This document shows positions 10,799 through 22,887 of a stretch of 64,000 bases of DNA, piece by piece; the stretch's first letter is position 1; each line of letters begins with the position of its first letter. The notes beneath the pieces were generated by a model, which was given only the letters and a program-made list of their open reading frames with translations, was not told the DNA's origin and did not search any database. A program made the position numbers and the translations under genes. The stretch comes from an uncultured Chloroflexia bacterium (GTDB lineage: Bacteria > Chloroflexota > UBA6077 > JACCZL01): contig CAVXYC010000016.1 of assembly GCA_963765765.1 (NCBI GenBank), forward strand, positions 14,151 through 78,150. Direction: 5' to 3'.

Positions 10799-13504
10799 GT
10801 GCACCATCACTGCCGACGGTACGGGCGCAGCACTGCGCCCCCTATACCGAATGGCCTTCACACGCGGCGAGCTGTCAGCCCTCGCTCGCGATGGTCCCCG
10901 GCCACCCTGCTGACCGTGGCCCTACTTTTGGCCCTGGCGACGGCGTGCGGCCAGACGCAGCCTCAGGCCGGATCAGCCGGGCCGTCGGGCCGCGCATCCT
11001 CATCGCGGCAAGACAGGTCATCGACGGACGGCGCCGCTTCAGCTTTGCCGTCGCCGACGGCGGCGACGGCCGGCAACGTGGCGCTCTCGCGGCCCCTCCA
11101 GACGGGCGAATACGCAATCACGGCTAATCGCGACGATCACTCGCTGTCAATCGTGCCGATCGGCCTGGCCAGTGTCGTGGCGACGGTTCCTGTGGAAGGG
11201 GCACCGCTCGGCGTCGCAACCGCGCGGGGACCAGATCGAGCCTTCGCACTCATCGACTCGCCGACGAGCTCGGGCCTCGCGGTGACCGACATCGACGCGA
11301 TGACGCCGCTCGGGGCCGTCGAGGTGAGCCCACGTCCCGATCGGTTGCTCAATTCGCCCGGAAATGTCGGTGGTCCGCTTCTGATGCTGTCGGACGCCGA
11401 CAACACGCTCCGATCGCTGGACCCTGACACTGGGACACTCGGCCCGGCGGTGCAGCTTGGTGCTGGACCGCATGCCGCGGCGCTGGACATCACCTCAGAC
11501 CAGGCGGTTCGGCGGATCCTTATCAGCAGCGCGGGCGAAGGGGTCGTCTCGGCCATCAGCCCCGACGCGAAGGACATTCTCGCGACGATTCAGATCGGCA
11601 GACGGCCCGTCGGCGTCGCCCCGGCGGCGTCCTACGGATCGCGCCGCGACCGGGTGTGGGTGGCAGACGGGGAGGCTGGTACCGTCACGCTGGTCGATCT
11701 CACGAGCGGGGCGACCGAGCAAACGATCCAGGTAGGTCCGGGCCTCACCAGCATGGCCGCCACGGCCGGTAACAGGTATCTTGTCCTCTCCTCGAGTGAT
11801 CCGCTTCACGCGCTCTACGCGATCGATATCTCGATGGCCCAGATCGATCCACGCCGCACAGTGGTCCAGGAGCTCACCGTGGACGGCGGCGTTCTGGCCG
11901 TGGCGACGGGCCTGGAGCCCACACTCGCATTCATCACGACGGGTGACAATCGGCTACTGTATTGGGATCTAACCTCGAACACGATCAAGCAGTCGATCAG
12001 CGTCGGTCAAGGTCCGGTAAGCCTGACGCTCGGATTCGCGAATCCCTCAGGCTTTGTCCCGATCCGCACACCCGGTGGAAGCACTGACACTGGCGCGGCT
12101 CAACGGGCAGCGTCGGCTCGACAGGCAGCTCCGGCGGTGCGAGTGCGTCGGGCGCAGGCGGCTCCGCTGCAACGGGCGGCCAGATTGGGGCCGGCTCGAC
12201 TGGCGGCGGCTCTACGAGTGGGGGCGGAGGCGCCAGCACAGGCGCTTCCAATGGCGGCGGGGCTGGAGGCGGAACCAACGCCGGCAGCGGCAGCAGTGGT
12301 GCCGGGTCGGGTGTCACAGGAACGAACAGCGGTGGAGGTGGCTTACAGGCGAGCGCCGGCGGTGGCGCGACGACATCCGGCGGTGGCACCGGTGCGTCAA
12401 ACGCCGGCGGGGCCGGCTCGGCCGGTGGTGGGGCAAGCTCGAGCGGCGCTGGGTCCGGCTTAGCCGTTGGGTCCAGCTCGACGCGGCGGCGGGTCCGGCG
12501 CAGACCGGCAGTGGCGGGACCGGCTCGGCCAGTGGCGGGATCAGCTCGGCCGGCGGTGGGTCCGGCTCGGCCAGTGGCGGCGGAAGCAGCTCAGCCGCCG
12601 GCGGGAGCGACTCGGCCGCCGGCGGGACTGGCTCAGCCGGTGGCGCAACCAGCTCTCAGAGCACTGGTCCCACCACTGGCCGCACCGGCGGTGGAGCGTC
12701 AGGCGGTACTGGAGCGTCGACGAGCACTGCCCCATCTAACGCCGGCAGCTCGAGCGCTACCCCGGGGGCTCAGGCCGCTGGCAGCGGATCTAGTGGCAGC
12801 ACCAGTACCAACGCGAATTCGACCAGTAGCTCGGTTGGCGGCGCGGGTTCGACAGGAGCGAGCTCTGGAAGCAGTCCTTCGAGCGGTTCGGCCAGCCAGA
12901 CAGGAAGCACGAGCGCTGGCGGCTCAACGGGCAGCACGGGCATCCGGTCGGCTCCCAGGCGGAGCCGCCGCAGAGCTCGCTCGTGTGCGGCATCCTGCAG
13001 CAGATCAGTCCACCGTTGTCCACCGCGGCTGGGTGCGCCGCCGCCCCGAACGAGTCCGGCACTACCGCGAGTAACGCCGGTGCCACCGCCACCCCAACCG
13101 GCACGCCCAAGGACACGCAAGCCGCACCACCGGCGGCAACAGGTGTGCCAACTAGCCAGCCCGGCGCGGGTCAGGCCAGCACCCCGGTGAGCGCGGTACC
13201 TACGAGCACCCCAGCTCCTGCCACGATGTCAGGCTCCTCCAGCGGTCCACAGCCCGCCGCTCGAAGCGGGACTGGCCAGGCGAACATCGGCGGGGCCGGC
13301 CAGGTGTCATCCGGTGCGAGTCAGTCGGCTTCCCGTCCAACGGCGACTCGCGAGAGTAGCTCCGACGACGAACCAGATTGCGAGAGCCTGGTGCCCTCCT
13401 GGCTACAAGCTGACGTGCGCTCCTTGTGCAACGAAATGCGCGAGCGTACCGACCAGTCCGGCGATCAGGGACAGCGCGATCGCCCCTCGCGCGGCTCGCG
13501 CTAG
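10799..13504 (+). CDS. YVTN/YncE-type beta-propeller lipoprotein with long Gly/Ser/Ala/Thr-rich tail (frameshifted)
   Basis: Lipobox-like LATAC, repeats such as TIQIGRRPVGVA, VWVADG, SISVGQGP; low-complexity GGS/GGT tail split over several frames; start uncertain. Confidence 0.7.
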
Positions 13505-13618
13505 TACCGACGCACCTGGAGCTGACCGGTGGGCCGGGAGTCTCCGACCGTGCAGTACCAACTGGCATGGACGACTTGGTGGGTTGCCGGCCCCGTTCGT
13601 AGCAACGGTCTTGGAGTG

Positions 13619-14580
<962 letters not shown>

Positions 14581-14619
14581 ACCACGCCTCCTCATGGCGA
14601 CACTGGCAGTCGGCGACCG

Positions 14620-14850
14620 GCGTCCCCAGGCCGGAACTTGCAGATACGGGCTGAGCGCCCCGGCAACAGTACAGGCTCACGGGACGACGGGCAGAGGTGA
14701 GGCCCAGGCTACAAAACGGTCTCACCGGACCGAGTGCGGATCGGACTCTCACCTCCGGCCGACCGCATTCCAGATGGGCTCGCTGGCCTCGCGGAGTTAT
14801 CCCCACCCCGCGACGACGGCGACTTATCCCCATCTTTCACGCTTCGCGTT
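14620..14850 (-). ncRNA. Predicted bridge RNA of the IS110 element (boundaries approximate)
   Basis: Target loop AUCCGCACU (14741-14733) and UUUGUAG (14715-14709) inside a GAGGUGAG/CUCACCUC stem; donor loop ACUGUUGC (14670-14663) and CAAG (14640-14637). Confidence 0.8.
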
Positions 14851-14983
14851 CAAGATACAAGTGCGGAATTTATTCCGCCGTCTCCCGAACTGCAGCGGCT
14901 CGTGATCGCCAACTGAGCCGTCAGCGCACATGGGTCATGCGGTTAGACTCATTGCCGGATCTGATGGACGGAGAGCGCGGCAC

Positions 14984-16090
14984 ATGGAATCTGGCGACAT
15001 CATCCAGCGGCGGATGCACAACCAGCACCTCTGGGGACCGCCCCTCGAGCGGCCGGAGAGCGTTGTGCGATGGCTGGGCGCGATGCAAGCTCAGGAGTTC
15101 GGGCCGGCCAAGTGGGCGGTAGCACAGCGGTGCGGCGTGGTGGGGAATGACGTCCTGGACCGCGCCTACGCCGAGGGCGTCATCCTCCGCACGCACATCC
15201 TGCGGCCGACCTGGCATTTCGTCGCGCCGGCGGATCTGCGCTGGCTCATGGCGCTTAGCGGCCCGCGCGTCCGGGCACTGAATGCCTCTGGGGAAAGACA
15301 GCTCGAGCTGGACAATGAGACCATTGCCAGGACCAATGCACTCATCGCCGCCGCCGTCCAGGGTGGCCAGCATTTGACTCGCACAGATATCGCGACTCGC
15401 CTGAACGAGGCCGGCATCCAGGCGAGGGGTCAACGTCTGGCGTACATCGTCATGCGAGCCGAGCTGGATGCAGTCATCTGCAGCGGCGCGCCGCGTGGCA
15501 AGCAGCACACCTACGCGCTCTTCGATGAACGCGTGCCTGGTGGCCCCGGCTTCGATCGGGATGAAGCTCTGGCCGAGCTGACCGAGCGTTACTTCACCAG
15601 CCGCGGACCGGCCACGCTAAAGGACTTCCTGCGCTGGTCGAGTCTGACAGCGGCTGATGGACGACGTGGCCTGGAGATGGTCGGAGGCCGACTCGAGCAC
15701 GAGCAGGTGGATAACCGAACGTACTGGTTCGCAGCGTCGTCGCGATGGCCGGCGCCGGCGTCTCCGCGAGTCGATCTGATTCAGATCTACGATGAGTACG
15801 TCATGGGCTACAGCGAGAGTCGAGACCTGATCCAGTACGGGGACACCCCATTCGACCTGTTCCAGGGTCGCGTCCAGTTCCCCCACGCGGTCATGCTCAA
15901 CGGCCGGCTGATCGGCCACTGGCGGCCCGTCATGACTCCTCGTGCCGCCGCGATCGAAACGCAGCTTCTCAGATCGCTTAACCAGACCGAGCAGCGAGTG
16001 CTGGAGAAGGCGGTCGAGCGATATGGTCGTTTCATCGAGAAGCCTATCAGCGTACTGTTTTCGGACGCGGCTTCTGGAGCTCCGTCGTAA
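14984..16090 (+). CDS. AlkZ/YcaQ-like (HTH_42) winged-helix DNA glycosylase family protein
   Basis: MQAQE (QxQ motif), RTHILRPTWHFV, RYFTSRGPATLKDFLRWSSL, YDEY motifs. Confidence 0.85.
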   Translation: MESGDIIQRRMHNQHLWGPPLERPESVVRWLGAMQAQEFGPAKWAVAQRCGVVGNDVLDRAYAEGVILRTHILRPTWHFVAPADLRWLMALSGPRVRALNASGERQLELDNETIARTNALIAAAVQGGQHLTRTDIATRLNEAGIQARGQRLAYIVMRAELDAVICSGAPRGKQHTYALFDERVPGGPGFDRDEALAELTERYFTSRGPATLKDFLRWSSLTAADGRRGLEMVGGRLEHEQVDNRTYWFAASSRWPAPASPRVDLIQIYDEYVMGYSESRDLIQYGDTPFDLFQGRVQFPHAVMLNGRLIGHWRPVMTPRAAAIETQLLRSLNQTEQRVLEKAVERYGRFIEKPISVLFSDAASGAPS

Positions 16091-16322
16091 GCAGACAGGC
16101 TGCGCGACGTTCGGGATATTCGAAAGCTTGCACCGGCAGGCTTTCCCCGCCCGCTAGCACCGCACAGAGACTGATCCGTAGTGCCTGCAGAATCTGGCTC
16201 GGCACATCGTCTCCCATGTGCTCTACGCGTATCGAGCTGAGTTCCTTCGTCGCCCCGAATAGGTCACATCGGGCAGTGCCCGCCTCCGCTACACTTGCAG
16301 ACAAGCATTCCGGAGGGACCGC

Positions 16323-17255
16323 ATGGATTATCGGCGCCTCGGCAGCTCGGGGCTGCTTGTCTCCGCCATTGGCCTGGGCACTAACAACTTTGGTGGCCGT
16401 AGCGACTTTGATCAGAGCCGCGCCGTTATTGAACGCGCGCTTGACCAGGGAATCACACTGTTCGACACGGCGGATGTCTACGGCAAAGGCCGCTCCGAGG
16501 AGTTCATCGGTGAAGTGCTTGGTAGCCGCCGCAAGGACGTGGTGATCGCCACCAAGTTCGCCATAGCAATGGGCGACGGGCCTTACGATAGTGGCGCGTC
16601 ACGCCACTACATCTTCCGAGCGGTCGAGGCCAGCCTGCGCCGTTTGAAGACCGACTACATCGACCTCTATCAGATCCATCGGCCGGATCCCAATACACCC
16701 ATCCTGGAGACGCTGCAGGCGCTGGACGATCTCGTCCGCCAGGGCAAGGTGCGGTATGTGGGCCACAGCAACTTCGCCGCGTGGCAGATCGTCGACGCAC
16801 AGTGGACGGCAAAAACGGAGCACCTGGCGCAGCCCATCTCGGCACAGCACGAGTACAGTCTGCTCAACCGAACGATTCAGGCCGAGGTGCTGCCAGCGAG
16901 TCGAGCTCTGGGCCTGGGCGTGCTGCCCTACTTTCCGCTGGCCGGTGGTTTCCTCACGGGCAAGTACCGCAAGGACGCCATGCCAGAAGGGGCACGCCTG
17001 AGCGGTCCCGGCACCCAGCTGGCGGGCCGCATCCTGACTGATCCTAACTGGGAGCGCGTGGCAAAGCTAGAGGACTTCGCCGAGCAGAGCGGCCACAGTA
17101 TGGTGGAGCTTGCCTTCGGCTGGCTGCTCGCCGAGCCGGCAATCGGCAGCGTCATTGCCGGCGCCACGCGGCCGGAGCAGATCGACCAGAACGTCAGGGC
17201 CGGGAGCGAGAAGCTCGCCGCGGACGAGGTCGAGGCGCTTTCCGCTCTCGTCTGA
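16323..17255 (+). CDS. Aldo/keto reductase
   Basis: GLGTNNFG, FDTADVY, TDYIDLYQIH, PYFPLAGG. Confidence 0.93.
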   Translation: MDYRRLGSSGLLVSAIGLGTNNFGGRSDFDQSRAVIERALDQGITLFDTADVYGKGRSEEFIGEVLGSRRKDVVIATKFAIAMGDGPYDSGASRHYIFRAVEASLRRLKTDYIDLYQIHRPDPNTPILETLQALDDLVRQGKVRYVGHSNFAAWQIVDAQWTAKTEHLAQPISAQHEYSLLNRTIQAEVLPASRALGLGVLPYFPLAGGFLTGKYRKDAMPEGARLSGPGTQLAGRILTDPNWERVAKLEDFAEQSGHSMVELAFGWLLAEPAIGSVIAGATRPEQIDQNVRAGSEKLAADEVEALSALV

Positions 17256-17309
17256 GGCTGCGAGGTGGCTGCCGCTGCAGCACCCATCGGGATTGGCTTC
17301 GGTATCAGC

Positions 17310-17600
17310 ACGATCCATTAGTGAGACAAATGATGCGAACCCGGGGGTCCACGCACCTGGCATGAAAATGGGGCTGGGCTCGTCAGGGCCCAGCGGAGGC
17401 GTGGAAGGGCGCAAGCATTTGGCGCTGCGAGTACCGGTAGTGAGATTGACCCGCCGTGCCGCCCGGCACACCCCTGTGGTGCTTCGAGCCCGCGTGAGAG
17501 TTTCGCGTGGTGTCCCGGCACGGCCGCGCCTCCAGATTGGAGGAACCCCCCATGGACGTCGTGCATCCTTGCTGTCCGCGGCTTGACGGAAGCATACGAA
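17310..17600 (+). pseudogene. Vestigial IS110 left end with decayed transposase start
   Basis: GGAGG RBS then ATG at 17552 giving MDVVHPCCPRLD, like the MxVVHxxCAGLDVHK start of IS110 transposases; structured non-coding region upstream. Confidence 0.5.
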
Positions 17601-17613
17601 GGTACCATCCTCA

Positions 17614-18535
17614 TTGCAGGGTAGGGAGGCAACAACGGTGGCGGAACGGGACATTGGCGCGCGGTCTGGGAGCCTGGAGCAAGACCAGGCACAATCTGCT
17701 CACTACACGGAGTGGTTATCGGCGTTCTTTGCCTCGCCGGATTGCGCTCGCTTATTCCTGCTGCTTGCCGAATCGAGCCGCGCGCTTGACGAGCTAACCA
17801 CCGCTACAGGACTTCCGAGAGACGCTGTTTGCGCGAACCTGGCAACGCTGGAAGGACTGGGTCTCATACGCGAAGATGCCTCCACGGATGGCCCGTTCTA
17901 TCGCCTTGACGAGCGAGCAGATTGGTCGGGCGATGGAATTCCTGGCTACTCGTCCCAGCGACTTTCGAACTCTCGCGGGTCGCCCGGCGCCGCTGTTCTC
18001 GTTGCCATCGGCGGACGGCAACGAGATCTCACTGGAGGATTGTCTTGCCAGAGGTCCCGTGGCTCTCTGGTTCTCCAGCGGCCTGGCGTGCCCGATTTGC
18101 CGCAGAAACAGAGCCCGTCTTAGCGTCAACTACTCGGTCTTCCGGTCTCTTGGTGCAGAGCTGCTTGAGGTGACACCCACGCCACCGGACAGAGCACGAA
18201 TGTACTACTCCAGATTCAGCCTGACGTTCCCGTATTTGTGCGACCCCGATACGCGCGTCTGGGAGATGTACGGTCTCCGGCCGGGACGGCTGGGCCCGCT
18301 GCATGTCCTGGGAGTGATGCTTCCGGATGCCGTGGGCCCCAGGACCGTCTTGCACGATTGGGTTGATGGGCCGAAGATACAGCCCACGCAGGCAGAGTTA
18401 GCGCACCTGGGAAACGAGTACGGGTTCTTCCTGATCGATCAGTCCGGCGCCATCCGCAGCGCCGATGCCGGGCCATACATGGGCTTGCCTGCCAACGCGG
18501 AGATCGAGCGCCAGCTGCGGGCCCTGGTCTCTTAG
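17614..18535 (+). CDS. Winged-HTH domain + AhpC/TSA peroxiredoxin-like domain, probable fusion (frameshift near 17910)
   Basis: LDELTTATGLPRDAVCANLATLEGLGLI HTH, then APLFSLPSADG...GPVALWF..GLACPIC redoxin motif. Confidence 0.65.
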
Positions 18536-18573
18536 GCTGATCGGCTAAAGGAGCGTCTCGGGGCGCATGGTGC

Positions 18574-19712
18574 TAATACCGAGCGCCCGTAAGGGTGGCG
18601 CAGATTGTGCGGGGCTGGCGGCACGACGCGGTGGGAGTGCCTCATGGCTGGGCGGATCGGTGCGGTGAGCTGGGCGGAACCGGTGGACGAGCTCGAGCGG
18701 CGATACCGCCAGGCGACCACGGTGGGGGCGCGCACGCGGTTGCAGGTTCTCTGGTTGGTGCGCCAGGGCCAGAGCGCTCGGGCGGCGGCGCACCCCGCCG
18801 GGGTGGGCGAGCACACCGCCATCCGCTGGCTCGGCTGGTATCGTCCCGGCGGCCTCGCCGCGGTCCTGCGGCGGCTGCCGGGGCACACCTCCCGGGGGCG
18901 GGCGAACTGGCTGAGTCGCGACCAGCGGTCCGCGCTGCTGGCCGAGGCCGCGACCGGGCGGTTCCTCACGGCCGCCGACGCTCAGGCCTGGATCCGGGCC
19001 GAGTTCGGCGTCGCCTACAGCCGGCGCGGCACCTACGGGGCGCTCGCCCGACTGGGGATTCATTCCAAGGTCCCCCGTCCCCAGGCCGAGCGAGCCAACC
19101 CGGCGTCCCAGGACGCCTGGAAAAAGGGGGGCTGACCGCCGCCCTGCGCGACGCCGGGCTCACGCGCGAGCGGGCGATTGTCTTCGGAGATGAGCTGCGT
19201 CTGGGGCTGCGCGGCCAGACGCGCCGGGTGCTCGGACCGCGTGGGGTGAAGGTGACCCAACGCCTGCAGCTCCGCTATGTCTGGCGGTACCTGCTGCTGG
19301 TCGTCGATCCCCGCGCTGGGACGCTCCGCTGGGCGTGGCTCGAGCGCATGCGCCAGACGCACCTGAGCCGGTGCTGCGCCGCTGGGCGCTGGAAGGATTG
19401 GTCTGGGACGGCGCCGGGAGCCATCGCGGGAAGCTGCTGGCCCCGCTGCCCACGCCGCGGGTGCTGCTGCCGCCGTACGCGCCGGAGCTGAACCCAGCCG
19501 AGCGGGTGTTCGAGGAGCTCCGCCGCCAGGTGGAGGGGCGGGTCTATCCGAGCATTGAGGACAAGCAGGCGGCGGCGGAAACGTCGCTGGCCGCGCTGTC
19601 CGCCGAGCCGGCGCGCGTCCGCCGACTGTGCGGCTGGCAGTGGCTCACGGCCGACCTCGATGCCCTGCCCCGGGCTGGGTAATGTCCGCCACTCTCACAG
19701 CGAATCGGTATA
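18574..19712 (+). mobile_element. IS630-family element
   Basis: HTH ORF ending WKKGG at A5G6 slippery site (19121-19131); DDE motifs FGDE, VWDGA, PYAPELNPAE; imperfect TIRs TACCGA...GTGGCG with TA at both ends. Confidence 0.88.
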
Positions 19713-19725
19713 AGGGGAGATCAGA

Positions 19726-20480
19726 GTGAACCCAAAAGTGACCTTGGCGGCAAGTGGCAAGACTTCTCGTGGCCAATTGATGGGATGGATGCGTATGCGT
19801 GGAGCGAAGCGCGTATTGATGGACGAGATCAAGTCTTTCTATCGGCCGATCACGCCCCCAATGAACAGCCCTTGGCCAGAACCGCTCTTTGCGGCAGGTC
19901 GAGCCGTGGGCCACGTCCATATGTCGATTGGCTTTCTTCGCGAGACTGATGATTACGGTATAGCCACTTACCACGCTCAAGCTGGTGTTGCAGCAGCTTA
20001 TGCAGCAATCGATTGACCACTGCTGTATTTCTGAATTTTTGGCTTGAGCTTGGCCGAGAGCAAAGCCAGCCCCGAGCGCCCGTGGCCTCGAACCCAACAG
20101 CACCATCGACTTTGCCCGCGACGATTTTAGGGCCCTCGTGCGTGCAGCGGTAGCAAGTAACCCTAGCTGCCGAGTAGCTGTCGAACGGCTAATCACGGCC
20201 GTTGCCAAAATTAAGCCGTACCGAGATCGCGCCCTGCATCGCGACGGTCTCCGATTGTCGGGAGGTGGACGCGACACGGCTTTTGACCTTTGAATCCAGA
20301 CAATGGATCGAGTCGCGTGGAGACAAATGGATAGGACCAATGGGCACGCCATTCCCCGGCGGCGGACGGCATCGAAACGGTGATCGTCGACCTGTTCACG
20401 TATTGGGCGGCTTCTGGATCCGCGATTCTTGGTCTATTAGATGGGCTCAAAGGGCAAGGCGCCCCCCGAGCCCGGGTTCC
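19726..20480 (+). pseudogene. Fragmented hypothetical gene, possible HEPN-like protein
   Basis: Coding-like segments in several frames (AID..AVFLNFWLELG, IDFARDDFR, KPYRDRALHR); starts directly at the IS630 end. Confidence 0.35.
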
Positions 20481-20538
20481 CGAACCGGCCCTAATGACGT
20501 GTCGTCAGTGATGAGCGAGTCCCATGCGTTCTCTTGTT

Positions 20539-21204
20539 CTACATGGGCCACTCCTCCTTCCGCCACCCCATATCGAAGAACATCCACTCGTAGCGGCTGC
20601 AGGCGTAGTAGTGGCGGGCGAGGCGGGCGCGGGTGGTGGCGTCGGTGTCGGCAGCGAGGCGGTCTAAGAGGGCGCACATCTGGACGCTCTTCTCCTGCAT
20701 GACCGGGCTGGCGTAGGTCTCGATCCAGAGGCGATACAACGGATGCTCGGGAAGGGCGCGCTCGGCCAGGATGCGGCCGACGTGGGCGTAGCCCCAGAGG
20801 CAGGGCAGGGTGGCGACCATGACGTCCAGGAAGCCACCGTTCAGGGCGGCCGCGGACATGTAATTGAGGTAGGCCTCGCAGGTGGGCGCGCGCTCACCCT
20901 TCGCGAAGTCTTCAACTGTGCAGCCGAAGTGCTCGGCGGCGGCCTTGTGGAAGATGGCCTCGCCTTTGAGGATGAAGAGCGCGCCCTCAGCGAACTGGGC
21001 CATGAGCTCAGGCGTGGGCGCTTTCTGTGAGGCGGCGACGCGCATACGCGCGTACTCCATGATGTACTTGTAGTCCTGGGAGATGTAGTAGCGGAACGTA
21101 TCTTCGGGCAGCGTGCCGTCAGCGATGCCGCGCACGAGCGGCAGGTTGAGCACGTCGGCCCAGATTGGCGCGGCGGGCTCGTTGATCTCGTTGAAGAAGC
21201 TCAT
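20539..21204 (-). CDS. tenA: Thiaminase II / TenA family
   Basis: FRYYISQDYKY, LPCLWGY catalytic Cys, WIETYAS, YEWMFFD. Confidence 0.9.
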   Translation of the reverse strand: MSFFNEINEPAAPIWADVLNLPLVRGIADGTLPEDTFRYYISQDYKYIMEYARMRVAASQKAPTPELMAQFAEGALFILKGEAIFHKAAAEHFGCTVEDFAKGERAPTCEAYLNYMSAAALNGGFLDVMVATLPCLWGYAHVGRILAERALPEHPLYRLWIETYASPVMQEKSVQMCALLDRLAADTDATTRARLARHYYACSRYEWMFFDMGWRKEEWPM

Positions 21205-21378
21205 GGGAACTCCAGGTGTTAGGAGCTAGGGGTAAGGGATCAGTGAGGTGAATGGTACTCCGGCGAGGTGTGACTTGCGCGTTCTGAGGTCAGTACTGAT
21301 GGCCTTCCGGGACCGCCGACATCCTGTCGGACCGGCCTGTGAGGGCCGTCGCGGTGATGCCTGTCGGTCGAGGAGACA

Positions 21379-21416
21379 CCCCTCCCCCGGCCCCTCCCCG
21401 CGCGCGGGGAGGGGAG
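21379..21416. repeat. CCCTCCCC...GGGAGGGGAG palindromic repeat family copy
   Basis: CCCCTCCCCCGGCCCCTCCCCGCGCGCGGGGAGGGGAG; related copies at 35906, 48619, 49702. Confidence 0.7.
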
Positions 21417-21500
21417 TTGGGATAGGGCAGAAGGAGCGGGGAGTTGTGGATCTGTCGCGAAGGGTCCGGGACAGGATGCCGGGCGGTCCAAGCGGCAACG

Positions 21501-21962
21501 CTACAAGCTCGTTACGGTGATGGCTCGGGGTGGCCCAGCCGGCCCACCGGGCGCGAGAAGCCGAGACCGTACGGCTCGCTGTTCTCCCATTCGCCGGCGC
21601 CGATGCCGATGATGGGCGGTCGCTGGCTCAAGTGCGCCAGGGTGAGCGCCGCCTGGGCGAGTACGACCGGGTGGCGGCGGATCGGCTCGGTCACACCGAC
21701 CCCAGCCGCGGGCCTGGAGCTTTGGCGGCGAGGTAGCCAAGCACCGCCTGGAACTCGAATGGTTCGTGCGGGGAGCTGCCCGGCGCGGCGAACCAGGTGA
21801 ACTCCTCGTCCAGGTCGCCGCGGGGACGAAGTCCTGGTGATGGTCCTAGACGAACACGGAATCGAGCTGCTGGTCGCGGGCGGCCGCGACCAGCGCGTCG
21901 ACGGAGCCAAGCGGGGGCCTGGCGGCGATGTACATGCCGACTTCGATTTTTCGGTGAGTCAT
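21501..21962 (-). pseudogene. Truncated LLM-class (luciferase-like) oxidoreductase
   Basis: VGVTEPIRRHPVVLAQAALTL...GIGAGE motif; in-frame TAG (VFV*DH), frameshifts, C-terminal half missing. Confidence 0.7.
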
Positions 21963-22041
21963 GTCTCGTTATTTCCTTGTTTTCAGCTTGTCGCATTCGC
22001 GGCTCGGACCACATCGCGGCCGGGCGGGCGCTCCGTGCTCC

Positions 22042-22789
22042 CTACACCAGAGGTTGTAGGCTGTCGCCGGTGAGGAGATACGCCAGGACCAGGCTGGCCG
22101 GCTCGGTCGTCGCCAATTGAGCGAACGCCTTACCGGCAGCGGCTGGCGTGACAGGCGTACCCATCTGTGCCAGGAACTGCGCTTCCGTGATGCCGGCCCG
22201 AGCCGCGTAGGCGGCCACGAACGGGCGCCCCATATCGGTCTCGTTCGTTAACCGCGGCAGCACAGCGATGAAGCTGATGCCCAGCTCGGCGCGCCTGGCT
22301 TCTTGCCCGGCATAATCAGCCATGAAGCGCAGCGTGGATTTGGCTCCCGCGTAGCCGCCGCTCAGGGGCGAGCTCCCGAGCGACGCGCCGCTGCTCATGA
22401 CCAGCACCCGGCTGCCGGGTTTGAGTGGCAGCAACAGCACCTCGCGCAGCCATTGAAACCCGATCCGCACGTCGCTGTTCCAATTGGCTGAGAAGGTTTC
22501 CCAGGTGTGGTCCTGAAGCGGCCCGGGCTGGACCCGCGCACCGGCCACAAGCGCCAGAATGTCCGGCTCGGTGCCGCTGGAGCAGCGTCCGGGCGGCCCA
22601 CGGTTCCGTGGCGTCGGCGACCTCGACAACAATGCCCGCTCTGGAGCGGGCAAGCTCAGTCAGACATGCCCCATCCCGCGCCACCGCGACCACGGTCGCT
22701 CCGGCGGCATGGAAAGCCTCCGCGATCCCGCGCCCCAACCCCCGGCTGGCGCCCACCACGAGTGCCGTCTTCCCTGTCAGCTCGTTCAT
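22042..22789 (-). CDS. SDR family oxidoreductase (frameshifted)
   Basis: GASRGLG Rossmann motif, YAGAK catalytic YxxxK. Confidence 0.85.
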
Positions 22790-22856
22790 TTGACCCTCCT
22801 ATTGGTCTCCGCCTGCGTTCTGGTCTCGACGCCCGGATGGTCCGGGCCGTCACTGA

Positions 22857-22887
22857 TGCAGACACCCCGACATTCGAAAAGTGGGCG
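22857..22887 (-). promoter_or_regulatory. Predicted ECF sigma promoter, copy 1
   Basis: CGCCCA-N15-GGTGTCTGCA upstream of SDR 22789. Confidence 0.6.

Noticed and set aside
12070-12950. Repeat-like tract as CRISPR or ncRNA array
   Set aside because: Degenerate codon-periodic repeats encoding Gly/Ser/Ala; no fixed repeat-spacer structure and no cas genes
20014-20016. TGA read-through after AAID
   Set aside because: Another in-frame stop follows within a few codons; no SECIS-like hairpin
21205-21500. TPP riboswitch upstream of tenA
   Set aside because: No CUGAGA or ACCUGA-type conserved cores seen on the minus strand
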